Shown here: positions 29,648-38,548 of the stretch, piece by piece
Position numbering within the stretch: the first letter of the stretch is position 1
How the letters are laid out: every line of letters starts with the position of its first letter
Assembly: GCA_025362165.1 (NCBI GenBank)
Contig: JANYHY010000745.1
Location: 1 to 48,138 of the forward strand
Reading direction: 5' to 3'
Source: Myxococcales bacterium
GTDB lineage: Bacteria; Myxococcota_A; Polyangia; Polyangiales; Polyangiaceae
DNA: 48,138 bases
Notes under the pieces: generated by a model
What the model saw: only the letters and a program-made list of their open reading frames with translations
Told to the model about the DNA's origin: nothing
Databases searched by the model: none
Position numbers and translations under genes: made by a program

Positions 29648-31587
29648 TGGGTTCAGTGGAGCTCCTCAATCCGAAGGGACTCTGGTTGCTGACCGGCTTC
29701 GTGCCGCTCGTCATCTTCTACATCCTCAAGATCAAGCGACAGCGCATCAAGGTGCCGTCGACTTGGCTGTGGGCGGAGGCGCGCCGCGATCTCCTCGCGA
29801 AGAGCCCGTTCAAGAAGCTGATCCCCGAGCTGTCCTTGCTCCTGCAGATCCTGGCGCTGCTCGCGCTCACCGCCGCGCTCACGCGTCCAGCGCTCCGCGG
29901 CGGGCGGATCGACGGCGATCACGTCGCGATCATCATCGACACGAGCGCTTCGATGGGAACGACCGCCAAGGGAGCAGACGGAAAAGACACGACGCGCATG
30001 GCAGAGGCGCTGACCGCCGCGAACGACGTGCTCGACGCGCTCGAGCCGGGCGCAGACGCAATCATCATCGAGGGCTCACGCGACCCAAAGGTGGTCTCGC
30101 CGCTGGATCGCGATGTTCGCAAGCTCAAAGGCGCGCTCGCTCAAGTCGGCGTACGCGACGTCGAGGGAGACCTCGGGATCGCTGTCGCGCTCGGCGCCGA
30201 TCGACTGCGCGCGGTAGGCGGCAAGCGCCGAATCGTCGTCATCACGGACGGCGCGCTCGCACACGAAGGACCCATCGCCGCGGCAGGAATCCCGACTCAA
30301 GTCGTCACGGTCGGAGAAGCGAGAGACAACGCTGCCATCGTCCGCATCGACGTCCGAAGCGGCAACGATCCCGCGACGCATCGAGAGCAGGCGCAGGTCT
30401 TCGTGATGCTCCAGAACTACGCATCTACTCCGCGCGACGCGTACGTGACGCTCTCGATCGACGGCCACAAAGACCCCAAGACGTCGCGCCGCATGCTGGT
30501 CCCGGCGCATGACAAGTCACCCGTTGTGCTCACGTTCTCACCAGATGCGATCGACTACGGCAAGGGGATGACCGTGGAGCTCTCGCCTCCCGATGCGCTG
30601 ACGATCGACGACAAGGCGTATGCGCGCGTGCCGGAGGGGCACAAGATGCCCGTCACGATCGCGTCGAAGGCGGACTACTCGTGGATCATGCGCGCGCTCG
30701 ACGCAGATGGAGACGTCGATCTCCAAAAGCTCAGCCTCGCGCAGCTCGCGACCGTGAACATCGACCCCGAGGCGCTCGTCGTGGTGGAGGGCGCGTGCCC
30801 AGAAGCGATCCCGGGGCGTGACGCGCTGATCGTCGCGCCGCCAGAGGGCAACTGCCTGGGCGTGGACGTCGGCAAGTCCGTAGACCAGCCGCAGCTCACG
30901 TCGTGGGAGTCGGGCGATCCGCGCTTCCGCTTCTTGACGCTCGATGGAGTGCACCTCACGAAGGCCAACCCGCTCGCAGCGCAGGGAGCCGGCGCCTCGC
31001 TCGCGCGCGCGGGCACGGTCACCGTCATCGGCGACGCGTCGGTACCCGGGCGTGCCGCGACGATCGTCGGCTTCGATGTCGGCGAGAGCGATTGGCCGCT
31101 CAAGGCATCGTTCGTTCTCTTCATTAGAAATATCGTCGAAGGCGCGCGACTCCACCGATCGCAAGGCGCGGTCGGGCCGGTGCGCACGGGTGACCCTCTG
31201 CGCATCGCGACCCCAGCGGAGGTCACCAAGATCACCGTCCTTGGGCCCGGCATGCCGGAGCACGACATCGACTGCAAGGGCGGCTTCGCGGTCGTGCCTC
31301 CAGTCGAGAAGGCGGGCCTGTACCAAGCGAAGTGGACGACGCCGCACGTCGGAAACGTGCTCGTCGCGGCCAACCTCACGAGCGAGAAAGAGAGCGACAT
31401 TACGCCGAAACCCGTGACTGTAGACGCCTTGGCCGGTTCGTCCACGAGCGCCTCGCGACTCGCTGACGCTCACCACGAGTGGGGCCTTTGGCTCGCGCTC
31501 TTCGCGACGCTCCTCATCGCGATCGATCTCTTCTGGCTCACCCGACAAGCCCCTGCTCCAAAACCCAAAGCGGAGCCAGCGACCTGA
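29647..31587 (+). CDS. BatA_N (double-TM aerotolerance-type N-domain) + VWA domain protein with a C-terminal TM
   Basis: The N-terminus is LLNPKGLWLLTGFVPLVIFYILKIKRQR...LLLQILALLALTAAL. The MIDAS motif is IIIDTSASMG. The C-terminal TM is WGLWLALFATLLIAIDLFWL. There is a TGATG overlap. Confidence 0.85.
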   Translation: MGSVELLNPKGLWLLTGFVPLVIFYILKIKRQRIKVPSTWLWAEARRDLLAKSPFKKLIPELSLLLQILALLALTAALTRPALRGGRIDGDHVAIIIDTSASMGTTAKGADGKDTTRMAEALTAANDVLDALEPGADAIIIEGSRDPKVVSPLDRDVRKLKGALAQVGVRDVEGDLGIAVALGADRLRAVGGKRRIVVITDGALAHEGPIAAAGIPTQVVTVGEARDNAAIVRIDVRSGNDPATHREQAQVFVMLQNYASTPRDAYVTLSIDGHKDPKTSRRMLVPAHDKSPVVLTFSPDAIDYGKGMTVELSPPDALTIDDKAYARVPEGHKMPVTIASKADYSWIMRALDADGDVDLQKLSLAQLATVNIDPEALVVVEGACPEAIPGRDALIVAPPEGNCLGVDVGKSVDQPQLTSWESGDPRFRFLTLDGVHLTKANPLAAQGAGASLARAGTVTVIGDASVPGRAATIVGFDVGESDWPLKASFVLFIRNIVEGARLHRSQGAVGPVRTGDPLRIATPAEVTKITVLGPGMPEHDIDCKGGFAVVPPVEKAGLYQAKWTTPHVGNVLVAANLTSEKESDITPKPVTVDALAGSSTSASRLADAHHEWGLWLALFATLLIAIDLFWLTRQAPAPKPKAEPAT

Positions 31588-34500
31588 TGCCGCCGCTGCC
31601 TCGCCTCGCCTACCTCGCGCTCGCGCTCGTCATCGCGATCGTGACGGTCGCGCTCGTTGTTCGTTTGAAGCGAAAAAAGAAGCTCGGCGTCGGGTCCGTG
31701 GCTCTGGCGATCCTCGCGGTGCTCCCGCTCACGTACCAAGGCTTCGTCCATGCGCAGCTGATCCGCGAGACGTACGTCCGCTTCAACCGCCCGGTCGCGC
31801 TCCTTTTGCCAGCCGTGCTCGCGCTCGTGCTCGCGTGGCGGTTCTCTCTGCTGCCGGCGCGCATGACGAAGTGGCGCAAGGGGCTCGTCGTGTTCTTCTC
31901 CTCACTCGCTGCTCTCGCGGCCGCGCTCGCTGTGGCAGAGCCCGAGCTCGGTAGGCCGCTCGATCGGATGACGATCCTCGTGATGATCGATCGTAGCCGC
32001 TCGATCGATCTCGTGCCGGGCGCCGAGACACGCATGCAGATGGAGCAGAAGCTCGCCGAGAAGGGCATGCATGACGACGATCGCACTGGCACGATCGTAT
32101 TCGGCGCAGAGGCCGCGACAGAGGACCCGCCGCGACCCAAGAGCGATCTGCCGCCGCCGCAGCGCATCGAGGTCGGGCGAGACGGCACTGACATCGAGGC
32201 CGCGATTCGCCGCGCGCTCGCAGAGCTTCCGAGCGACACCGCCGCGCGTCTCGTGCTCGTGAGCGACGGCGTGCAGACTCGCGGTGACGCGCTGAGCGCT
32301 GCTGCCGCATCGGTCGCGGCGGACGTGCCGATCGACGTGGTGCCCCTCGATCAGAAGACGTTCCCCGACGTGCGCGTCGTCTCCGTTCGCGCACCAAGCC
32401 ACGCCGACGAGGGCGAGCCGCTCGACTTTCGCGTCGTCACCTCGAGCACGACGCCCACGGAGGTCGAGGTCCGCGTCAAGCGAGACGGCGAGCTGATTCA
32501 TACGGGTAAAGTGCACGTATCTGCCGGCGAGGACGTGCTGCGCCTGCGTGAGATCGCGAACGAGGCGGGCCTGCATCGCTACGACGTCGAGGTCACCGCC
32601 GTGGATCCGAACGCCGACGGATCGCCCGAGGACAACGCGGGATCGACGTTCGTGAAGGTGCGCGGCCCATCACTCGCGCTCATCCTCGAGGGAGACAAAG
32701 GTTCGGGCCAACCGCTCGCGAAGGCTCTCGAGGCCAGCGGCTTCAAGACCGTCGAGCGCAGCACCTCGGGTGTCCCCGATGACATCGGCGGGCTCGCGGG
32801 ATTTGATCTCGTCGTGTTGAGCGACGTGCGCGCGAGCGATCTCACGACGACACAAATCGACGCGATGGCGAGCTACACACGCGACCTTGGCGGCGGTCTG
32901 TTGCTGATGGGTGGAGATCGCTCGATGGGCCCAGGCGGCTACGCGCGCACCCCGATCGAAGACGTGTCACCCGTGAACTTCGACTTGAAGGAGGAGAAGC
33001 GGCGCGCCTCACTCGCGGAGGTCATCGTGATCGACTACTCGGGCTCCATGGGCATGATGGTGGGCGGGCAGACCAAGCTCGCGCTCGCCAACGAGGCCGC
33101 TGCTCGAAGCGCCACGCTGCTCGGACCAGGCGATCGCCTCGGCGTCGAGCACGTCGACACGATCGCCGCGTGGACGATCCCGCTCGGCCCCGTCAACGAT
33201 GCGTCAGCGATCAGCGCCAAAATCAGGGCCGTCGCGGTGGGCGGCGGCGGCATTTACACCGATCTCGCGCTGCGCGAAGGCTACGCCGCGTTGGAGAAAG
33301 AGACCGTCAACCTCAAGCACCTGTTGCTGTTCGCGGACGGCGCAGACGCCGAGCAGATCGCGGGCTGCAGAGCGCTCGTCACCAACGCGGCGGCGAAAGG
33401 GATCACGACGAGCGTGATCTCACTCGGCCGAGGCAGCGACTCGCCCGAGCTCGAGGTGCTCAGCAAGCTCGGCGGTGGTCGCTTCTATCTCATCGAAGAC
33501 GCGACGAAGCTCCCAAGCGTCTTCTCTCAAGAGACCATCTTGGCGTCGAAGAGCTCGATCAAGGAGCAGGACTTCAAGATCAGCTTGGGCGACCCGTCCG
33601 CGGCGACGCGCGGGATCGACTTCTCCAGCGCGCCCGTGCTCCACGGCTACGTCGTCACGCAAGCCAAGCCGCGCGCGCAGATCGCGCTCGGCGGCCCGGA
33701 GAACGATCCGATCCTCACGACGTGGGCCATCGGCATCGGACGCTCTGCAGCCTTCACCAGCGACTTCAAAGATCGCTGGGGCTCTGCGTGGCTCAAGTGG
33801 CCTGGCGGTGTGAAGATGATGGGCCAAGTCGGACGCGACACCGCGCGCAAGAGTGATGACCCACGCGTGAGGCTCGAGAGCGACGCGTCGGGCGGCGAAC
33901 TCCACGTGCGCGCGGACGTGGTGGGCGATGACGGGCGTGCGCAGACCTTCCGCCGCTTGACTGTCCACGTCGCTGGACCTGATGGCTTCGGTCGCGACGT
34001 CCAGCTCGAGGCTGTCGGCGCGGGTCGCTACGCCGCCAACGTGCCGCTCTCACGACCGGGGACCTACGTCGCGACCGCCAAGGACGAGATGAGCGGTGAA
34101 GCTGTGGGCACGACGGGCAGCGTGCTCTCCGCGGGCGAAGAGCTCCGTCCGACAGGCACCGATCGCGTGCTCCTGTCGCGCATCGCTTCGATGACCGGCG
34201 GCAAAGTGCGCGACACGCTCGCGGGCATCTACGACGATCGCGCCGCTCGACGCTTCGCCTACACACCGATGGGCGCACCTCTCGTCCTCTGCGCCGCGAT
34301 CGCGATGTTGATGGGCGTCGGCGCGCGTAGGCTTGGCATGCCGGAGTTCTTGACCAAGCTGTTCAGCGTGGCTGGCGGTCGCGTCCGACACACGGAGGCT
34401 GAGAAGCGCGCCAACCTCGCGTTCGCAGAGGCGCACGAGCGCAAGCGCGCGGACGCTCGCACCAAGACGAACGAGGGCCTGCTCGCGCGCAAAGCCTCTC

Positions 34501-34688
34501 GCGCTCAAGCACACGGCCCCTCGGTGCTCGACGCCGCGCCGCCACCCTTGATAGGTCAACGACCGATCGTCGGCACCCCTCCAATCACGCCGCCTCAGCC
34601 GAAGCCTGGGACGCCTCAGCAGCCCGCTGCAAACAAGATGAGCGCCGCAGAGCGCCTCGCGCAGAAGCGGCGCGAGCGAAAGGGTTGA
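31587..34688 (+). CDS. 1033-aa membrane protein: N-terminal TMs, VWA, a GATase1-like (ThuA/DUF4159-like) domain, a second VWA, a C-terminal TM and a basic tail
   Basis: The two MIDAS motifs are LVMIDRSRSID and VIVIDYSGSMG. The GATase-like segment is LALILEGDK...FDLVVLSDV...GGGLLLMGG. The late TM is LVLCAAIAMLMGV. There is a TGATG overlap with the upstream gene. Confidence 0.8.
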   Translation: MPPLPRLAYLALALVIAIVTVALVVRLKRKKKLGVGSVALAILAVLPLTYQGFVHAQLIRETYVRFNRPVALLLPAVLALVLAWRFSLLPARMTKWRKGLVVFFSSLAALAAALAVAEPELGRPLDRMTILVMIDRSRSIDLVPGAETRMQMEQKLAEKGMHDDDRTGTIVFGAEAATEDPPRPKSDLPPPQRIEVGRDGTDIEAAIRRALAELPSDTAARLVLVSDGVQTRGDALSAAAASVAADVPIDVVPLDQKTFPDVRVVSVRAPSHADEGEPLDFRVVTSSTTPTEVEVRVKRDGELIHTGKVHVSAGEDVLRLREIANEAGLHRYDVEVTAVDPNADGSPEDNAGSTFVKVRGPSLALILEGDKGSGQPLAKALEASGFKTVERSTSGVPDDIGGLAGFDLVVLSDVRASDLTTTQIDAMASYTRDLGGGLLLMGGDRSMGPGGYARTPIEDVSPVNFDLKEEKRRASLAEVIVIDYSGSMGMMVGGQTKLALANEAAARSATLLGPGDRLGVEHVDTIAAWTIPLGPVNDASAISAKIRAVAVGGGGIYTDLALREGYAALEKETVNLKHLLLFADGADAEQIAGCRALVTNAAAKGITTSVISLGRGSDSPELEVLSKLGGGRFYLIEDATKLPSVFSQETILASKSSIKEQDFKISLGDPSAATRGIDFSSAPVLHGYVVTQAKPRAQIALGGPENDPILTTWAIGIGRSAAFTSDFKDRWGSAWLKWPGGVKMMGQVGRDTARKSDDPRVRLESDASGGELHVRADVVGDDGRAQTFRRLTVHVAGPDGFGRDVQLEAVGAGRYAANVPLSRPGTYVATAKDEMSGEAVGTTGSVLSAGEELRPTGTDRVLLSRIASMTGGKVRDTLAGIYDDRAARRFAYTPMGAPLVLCAAIAMLMGVGARRLGMPEFLTKLFSVAGGRVRHTEAEKRANLAFAEAHERKRADARTKTNEGLLARKASRAQAHGPSVLDAAPPPLIGQRPIVGTPPITPPQPKPGTPQQPAANKMSAAERLAQKRRERKG

Positions 34689-34703
34689 GCCCGCCTTGCC
34701 CTC

Positions 34704-36203
34704 GTGGGATCATCGATCGAAGTGGCGTTTCGTAATCTCCGTCTGTGGATTTGCGTCGCCTGCGCGTGCTCCAGCTCCAATCCTGTCGAGATCGCGCATG
34801 ACGCGGGCGTGGACGCGCAGTCCGCACCGCTAGCGCTCGGCGACCAGCTCTCGCTGAGCGAGATCGCGATCTATCAGGGCGTGAAGATCGAGGTGATGAC
34901 CGCCGGGAGCGGGGTGGCCGCTTACAACGCGCCGATCGTCGCCCGCCGCGCTGGGATCGTGCGCGCGTTCGTCCAAGTCTCGAAATCCTCGCGTTGGAAG
35001 TCTCACAAGCTCGACGCGGAGCTGCACCTGTTGCTCGCGAGCGGTGAGCAAGTGCTCACCCAGACCATCTGGGTCGCGAGCACGTCCGACGCTGACGCGA
35101 TCGACAGCACGTTCGTCTTTTCGCTCGCGGCCGAGACGTTCGTCGGCAAGCAGCTAGTCCCCTACTACCTCGTCGTGCGCGATCCGAAGCTCACGCCGCT
35201 CGGGGACGCGATGGCGATCGTGAGATACCCAGCGGACGGCTCGAACGACACGCTCAGGGTCGACACGAGCCCCGGCACCGTCACCCTCCACGTCGTGCCC
35301 GTGCAGTACGATTTCGACGGCTCGCACAGAGTACCCAACACCGACATGAACACGCTCGCGGGCATTCGCCAGGAGATGATGGATCTCTACCCTGCGCGCG
35401 ATGTCACGATCGATGTGGGTCCGCCGATGCCGTGGCCCGACGCGATCGACCCTGGCGGCAACGGGTGGGACACCGTGCTCCAAGGCATCCTCGATAAGCG
35501 CAGCAAGGACGCGCCGACCAGTGAGGTCTACTACGTCGGGATGTTCGTGCCTCGGCAGTCGTTCGGCGCGTATTGCAACCAGTCGTGCATCCTCGGACTC
35601 GCGCCTGTCGCGGGGCCCATGGACGCCGATCAGCGCGGTGCCGCAGTGATCGGCTTCGGCGGCTTCACGACACAAGAGACCATCGCGCACGAGGTCGGCC
35701 ACAACATGGGACGATGGCACTCGCCGTGCGGAGGCCCGGCGAACATCGACCCGAAGTTTCCGTACGCGGACGGGACTGACGGCGTTCAAGGGTTTCGTCT
35801 CAGCGATCAGTCGCTCGTCCCAGACTACGCCGCAGACGTCATGAGCTATTGCCCGCCCGAGTGGGTCAGCGACTACACCTACAAAGCATTCGCGGCGCGA
35901 ATGAGCTACGTGAACACTCACATTCAAGCGCGCGTGACCCCGTCCGTGCACTTTACACGCATCTCGCTCGACGCTAGCGGGGCGCCGGTCTCGTCGCGCG
36001 AAGTAATCCAGAACCACGCGCTCGTGGGCGAGGCGATCTCCGTGACGTACGAGGGCGCTAAGGTGGTGAGCCAAGAGGGCCACTACTTCCGCTACGATCA
36101 TTTGCCCGGCGGCTACGTGGTCGCGCCGCTCCCTCCCATGGGTACGACGCACCTGCGCGTTCCGAGCCTCTCGCCCGTGCGGCTGTCTCTGATCAGCGAG
36201 TGA
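34704..36203 (+). CDS. Metzincin-type zinc metalloprotease lipoprotein
   Basis: HEVGHNMGRWH matches HExxHxxGxxH. The N-terminus is a Cys-containing hydrophobic stretch, LRLWICVACACSSS. The start is uncertain (GTG at 34704 or 34722). Confidence 0.8.
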   Translation: MGSSIEVAFRNLRLWICVACACSSSNPVEIAHDAGVDAQSAPLALGDQLSLSEIAIYQGVKIEVMTAGSGVAAYNAPIVARRAGIVRAFVQVSKSSRWKSHKLDAELHLLLASGEQVLTQTIWVASTSDADAIDSTFVFSLAAETFVGKQLVPYYLVVRDPKLTPLGDAMAIVRYPADGSNDTLRVDTSPGTVTLHVVPVQYDFDGSHRVPNTDMNTLAGIRQEMMDLYPARDVTIDVGPPMPWPDAIDPGGNGWDTVLQGILDKRSKDAPTSEVYYVGMFVPRQSFGAYCNQSCILGLAPVAGPMDADQRGAAVIGFGGFTTQETIAHEVGHNMGRWHSPCGGPANIDPKFPYADGTDGVQGFRLSDQSLVPDYAADVMSYCPPEWVSDYTYKAFAARMSYVNTHIQARVTPSVHFTRISLDASGAPVSSREVIQNHALVGEAISVTYEGAKVVSQEGHYFRYDHLPGGYVVAPLPPMGTTHLRVPSLSPVRLSLISE

Positions 36204-37500
36204 GCGCGAACGCGGCGACGCCTGCGGTGACGAGGAAGACCCCGCCGACGATCACGGCGATGAGCCAGATTGGAAATCCACCGCTCTGAGGCACGCCTGT
36301 GGCTGAGTACTCTTGCACGCGAACGTTCTCGAACGCTTGATCCATCGAGCGTCCCGTCGCGGGATCGGTCGGACGCGGCGGCGATGCGAACGGATCGGGC
36401 TGAGGCGCGGCGAACGGATCGCGCGCTGCGATCGGCGCGGGCCGCACCTGCATCGAGCCTGCGCGCCCTTCGTCGACCTGCACTTTGAGCTGCGCCTGCG
36501 GCGTCATCGCCCACACGCGGTGATCACCTGGAAGTCCGTACGCGTGCCCCACGGCGTCTGCGAGCGCACCCACACTCGCGGTGCGAATGTTGGGGTTCTT
36601 GACGAGCGCTTCTTCCATCACATCATCGAGCTTGGGCGGGAGACCAAACGGCGACGCCTTGCCCGCGATCGTGGGCGGCGTTGGATCCTTCGTGAGGATG
36701 GCGAGGAGGATCGACGGGCCGTTCGTGCCAGTGAAGGGGACCTGCCCACAGAGGCATTCGTAGGTGATGGCAGCTAGCGCAAAGACGTCAGCGCGCGCGT
36801 CCAGAGTCTCGAGACCCTGCGCTTGCTCGGGTGCCATGTAGAACGGCGAGCCGATCGTCGTCCCCATGACCGTGAGTTTCTTGGCGTCTTTATTTTTGTC
36901 CTTCACCGATCCGAAATCGAGGATCTTGACGATGTCGCCGCTGTGCGTGCCGCACAAGAAGAGGTTGTCCGGCTTGAGGTCGCGGTGAACGAACTGCTTG
37001 GCGTGCGCCGCGTCGAGGCCGATCGCCACCTGAGACAACATGCGAATCACGCGCTCTGGCGGCAAGAACTTGTCGCGCTTCACCACGAGGCGGAGCTCTT
37101 CGCCGTCCAAGAACTCCATGACGAGCAGCCAGACTTTGTTGACCTCGTCTCGCTGGAAATCCAAGACATGCACGATGTGATCGTGCGGAAGCGAGCTCGA
37201 GATCTCGTACTCGCGCTTGAAGCGCGCGAGGGCGACTTCGTCCTTCGAGATGTCGTCGTGGAGGACTTTCACCGCAATGCGAGTGTTGGTTTGACGATCG
37301 ATTCCCTCGTACACGCGACCCATGCCGCCGTCAGCGACCACGCGGCGCACTTCATAGCGATCGCAGAGCTTCTGGCCGATGCGCGCGTCGTCAGAGGAGG
37401 CGAGCGGTACGAGGCTGGTGTTGAACAGCGGAGTGCCGTCCGCAGGGCAAAAGCCTGCGTCGTCGGGGTACGTCCTCTGGCACGTCCGGCAGCTCTTCAC
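36193..37500 (-). CDS. Ser/Thr protein kinase with an N-terminal zinc-ribbon-like motif and a C-terminal TM anchor
   Basis: The N-terminal motif is CRTCQRTYPDDAGFCPADG. Kinase motifs are GGMGRVYEG, AVKVL, HRDLKPDNLF, DFGSVK and APEQ. The C-terminal TM is IWLIAVIVGGVFLVTAGVAAFAL. Confidence 0.88.
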   Translation of the reverse strand: MKSCRTCQRTYPDDAGFCPADGTPLFNTSLVPLASSDDARIGQKLCDRYEVRRVVADGGMGRVYEGIDRQTNTRIAVKVLHDDISKDEVALARFKREYEISSSLPHDHIVHVLDFQRDEVNKVWLLVMEFLDGEELRLVVKRDKFLPPERVIRMLSQVAIGLDAAHAKQFVHRDLKPDNLFLCGTHSGDIVKILDFGSVKDKNKDAKKLTVMGTTIGSPFYMAPEQAQGLETLDARADVFALAAITYECLCGQVPFTGTNGPSILLAILTKDPTPPTIAGKASPFGLPPKLDDVMEEALVKNPNIRTASVGALADAVGHAYGLPGDHRVWAMTPQAQLKVQVDEGRAGSMQVRPAPIAARDPFAAPQPDPFASPPRPTDPATGRSMDQAFENVRVQEYSATGVPQSGGFPIWLIAVIVGGVFLVTAGVAAFALTR

Positions 37501-37512
37501 ACGATCCCCCGA

Positions 37513-38250
37513 TCAACCCTTCGCGTCTGTTGTCACCGCCGTGGGCGCGACGAAGTAGATGAGACGATTGCATGACGGGCACTGCTCGATCAACGCCTCG
37601 CGGCGGAGGCGATGGTAGAGCTGCGGCGGAAGGCTCATGTTACACGCCTTGCACGTCCCGTCCGTCGTCGAGGCGAGACCGCTGCCACGCTTGACGCGAA
37701 CCGCGTCGTAGCGCTTGAGCGACATGGGCTGCACCTGCTTGGCGATGCGGGCGCGCTCTTTGGCCTTCTCTGCGTGCGCCTTCTCGAGCGAGCCGAGCTT
37801 GGTGGTGATCGCTCCCTCGGTGTCTCCCAGGTCGGACGCGATGGCCTTCGCTTCGGTCTCGGTGGTGTCGATCACGCGCTTGACGTTCTCAGCGTCGGTC
37901 GTGAGCTTGCCGACCTCGTCTTCACGATCGCGCATCAACTTGCGCAGCTCCTCGAGCTCGCGCTGGACGGCGTTCGTCTCGCGCTCGGTGCGGGACCGGT
38001 TCATCTTGTCTCGCGAGTGCTCGATCTGCTGCATCATCGTGCGGACCTCGATGACGTTGTCGTTCTTGAGCTTCTCGATCGCCGAGAGCTGCGCGCGGTC
38101 GCTCTTCAGCTTCTCTTCCAACTTTTGCAGGCTCGCTTTGCGCGTGCCGAGCGCGCTGTTCTCGCGCGCCAACTCTTCCGCCATGACCTTGAGCTCGGCA
38201 TCGATCTGCGCGAGCTCTTCGAGGGTCTTGATCTGCTCGACAACTGTCAA
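37513..38250 (-). CDS. Coiled-coil protein with a C4 zinc ribbon (COG1579/DUF164-like)
   Basis: A long heptad-rich region is followed by CKACNMSLPPQLY...CPSCNRLIY. Confidence 0.8.
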   Translation of the reverse strand: MTVVEQIKTLEELAQIDAELKVMAEELARENSALGTRKASLQKLEEKLKSDRAQLSAIEKLKNDNVIEVRTMMQQIEHSRDKMNRSRTERETNAVQRELEELRKLMRDREDEVGKLTTDAENVKRVIDTTETEAKAIASDLGDTEGAITTKLGSLEKAHAEKAKERARIAKQVQPMSLKRYDAVRVKRGSGLASTTDGTCKACNMSLPPQLYHRLRREALIEQCPSCNRLIYFVAPTAVTTDAKG

Positions 38251-38354
38251 CGTGACTCTCCTTGCGAAGCGGCGCGTCTGCCAACTCTGGGCATCACGCC
38301 AGAGTGGGTGCCGCGATGAACGTCCAAGCAGGCGCGGTTTCGCGCGCGCTTTCG

Positions 38355-38428
38355 TGGGCCCACCTGGGTTCGAACCAGGAACAACCCGGTTATGAGCCGG
38401 GGGCTCTGACCGATTGAGCTATGAGCCC
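38355..38428 (-). tRNA. tRNA with CAU anticodon: elongator tRNA-Met. tRNA-Ile2 (lysidine) cannot be excluded. No CCA is encoded.
   Basis: Manual cloverleaf: GGGCUCA-UA-GCUC-AAUCGGUCA-GAGC-C-CCCGG-CUCAUAA-CCGGG-UUGUU-CCUGG-UUCGAAC-CCAGG-UGGGCCC-A. It totals 74 nt. The 1-72 pair is G-C, so it is not an initiator. Confidence 0.9.
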
Positions 38429-38548
38429 CAGTGTCGTCCCGCCCGAACGCTGCGTGCAGGCTGGGCCATCCGAAGGGGGGGGTGCGGCGCAGGCCGCCGT
38501 GGTCGAAGGATGGCACGCGCGGAAGAGTAGACGGTTTTCTCCGGTGCT

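Noticed and set aside
38355-38428. tRNA-Met as a possible integration site of a genomic island
   Set aside because: There is no integrase, no direct repeat of the tRNA 3' end and no compositional shift visible on either side.
38466-38512. G8 homopolymer (38475-38482) and nested hairpins (CCATCC...GGATGG; GCGGC-gcag-GCCGC) between the lipoprotein stop and the tRNA
   Set aside because: It could be a terminator or a slippage tract, but there is no U-tail and no recognisable RNA family signature. The evidence is too weak to call.
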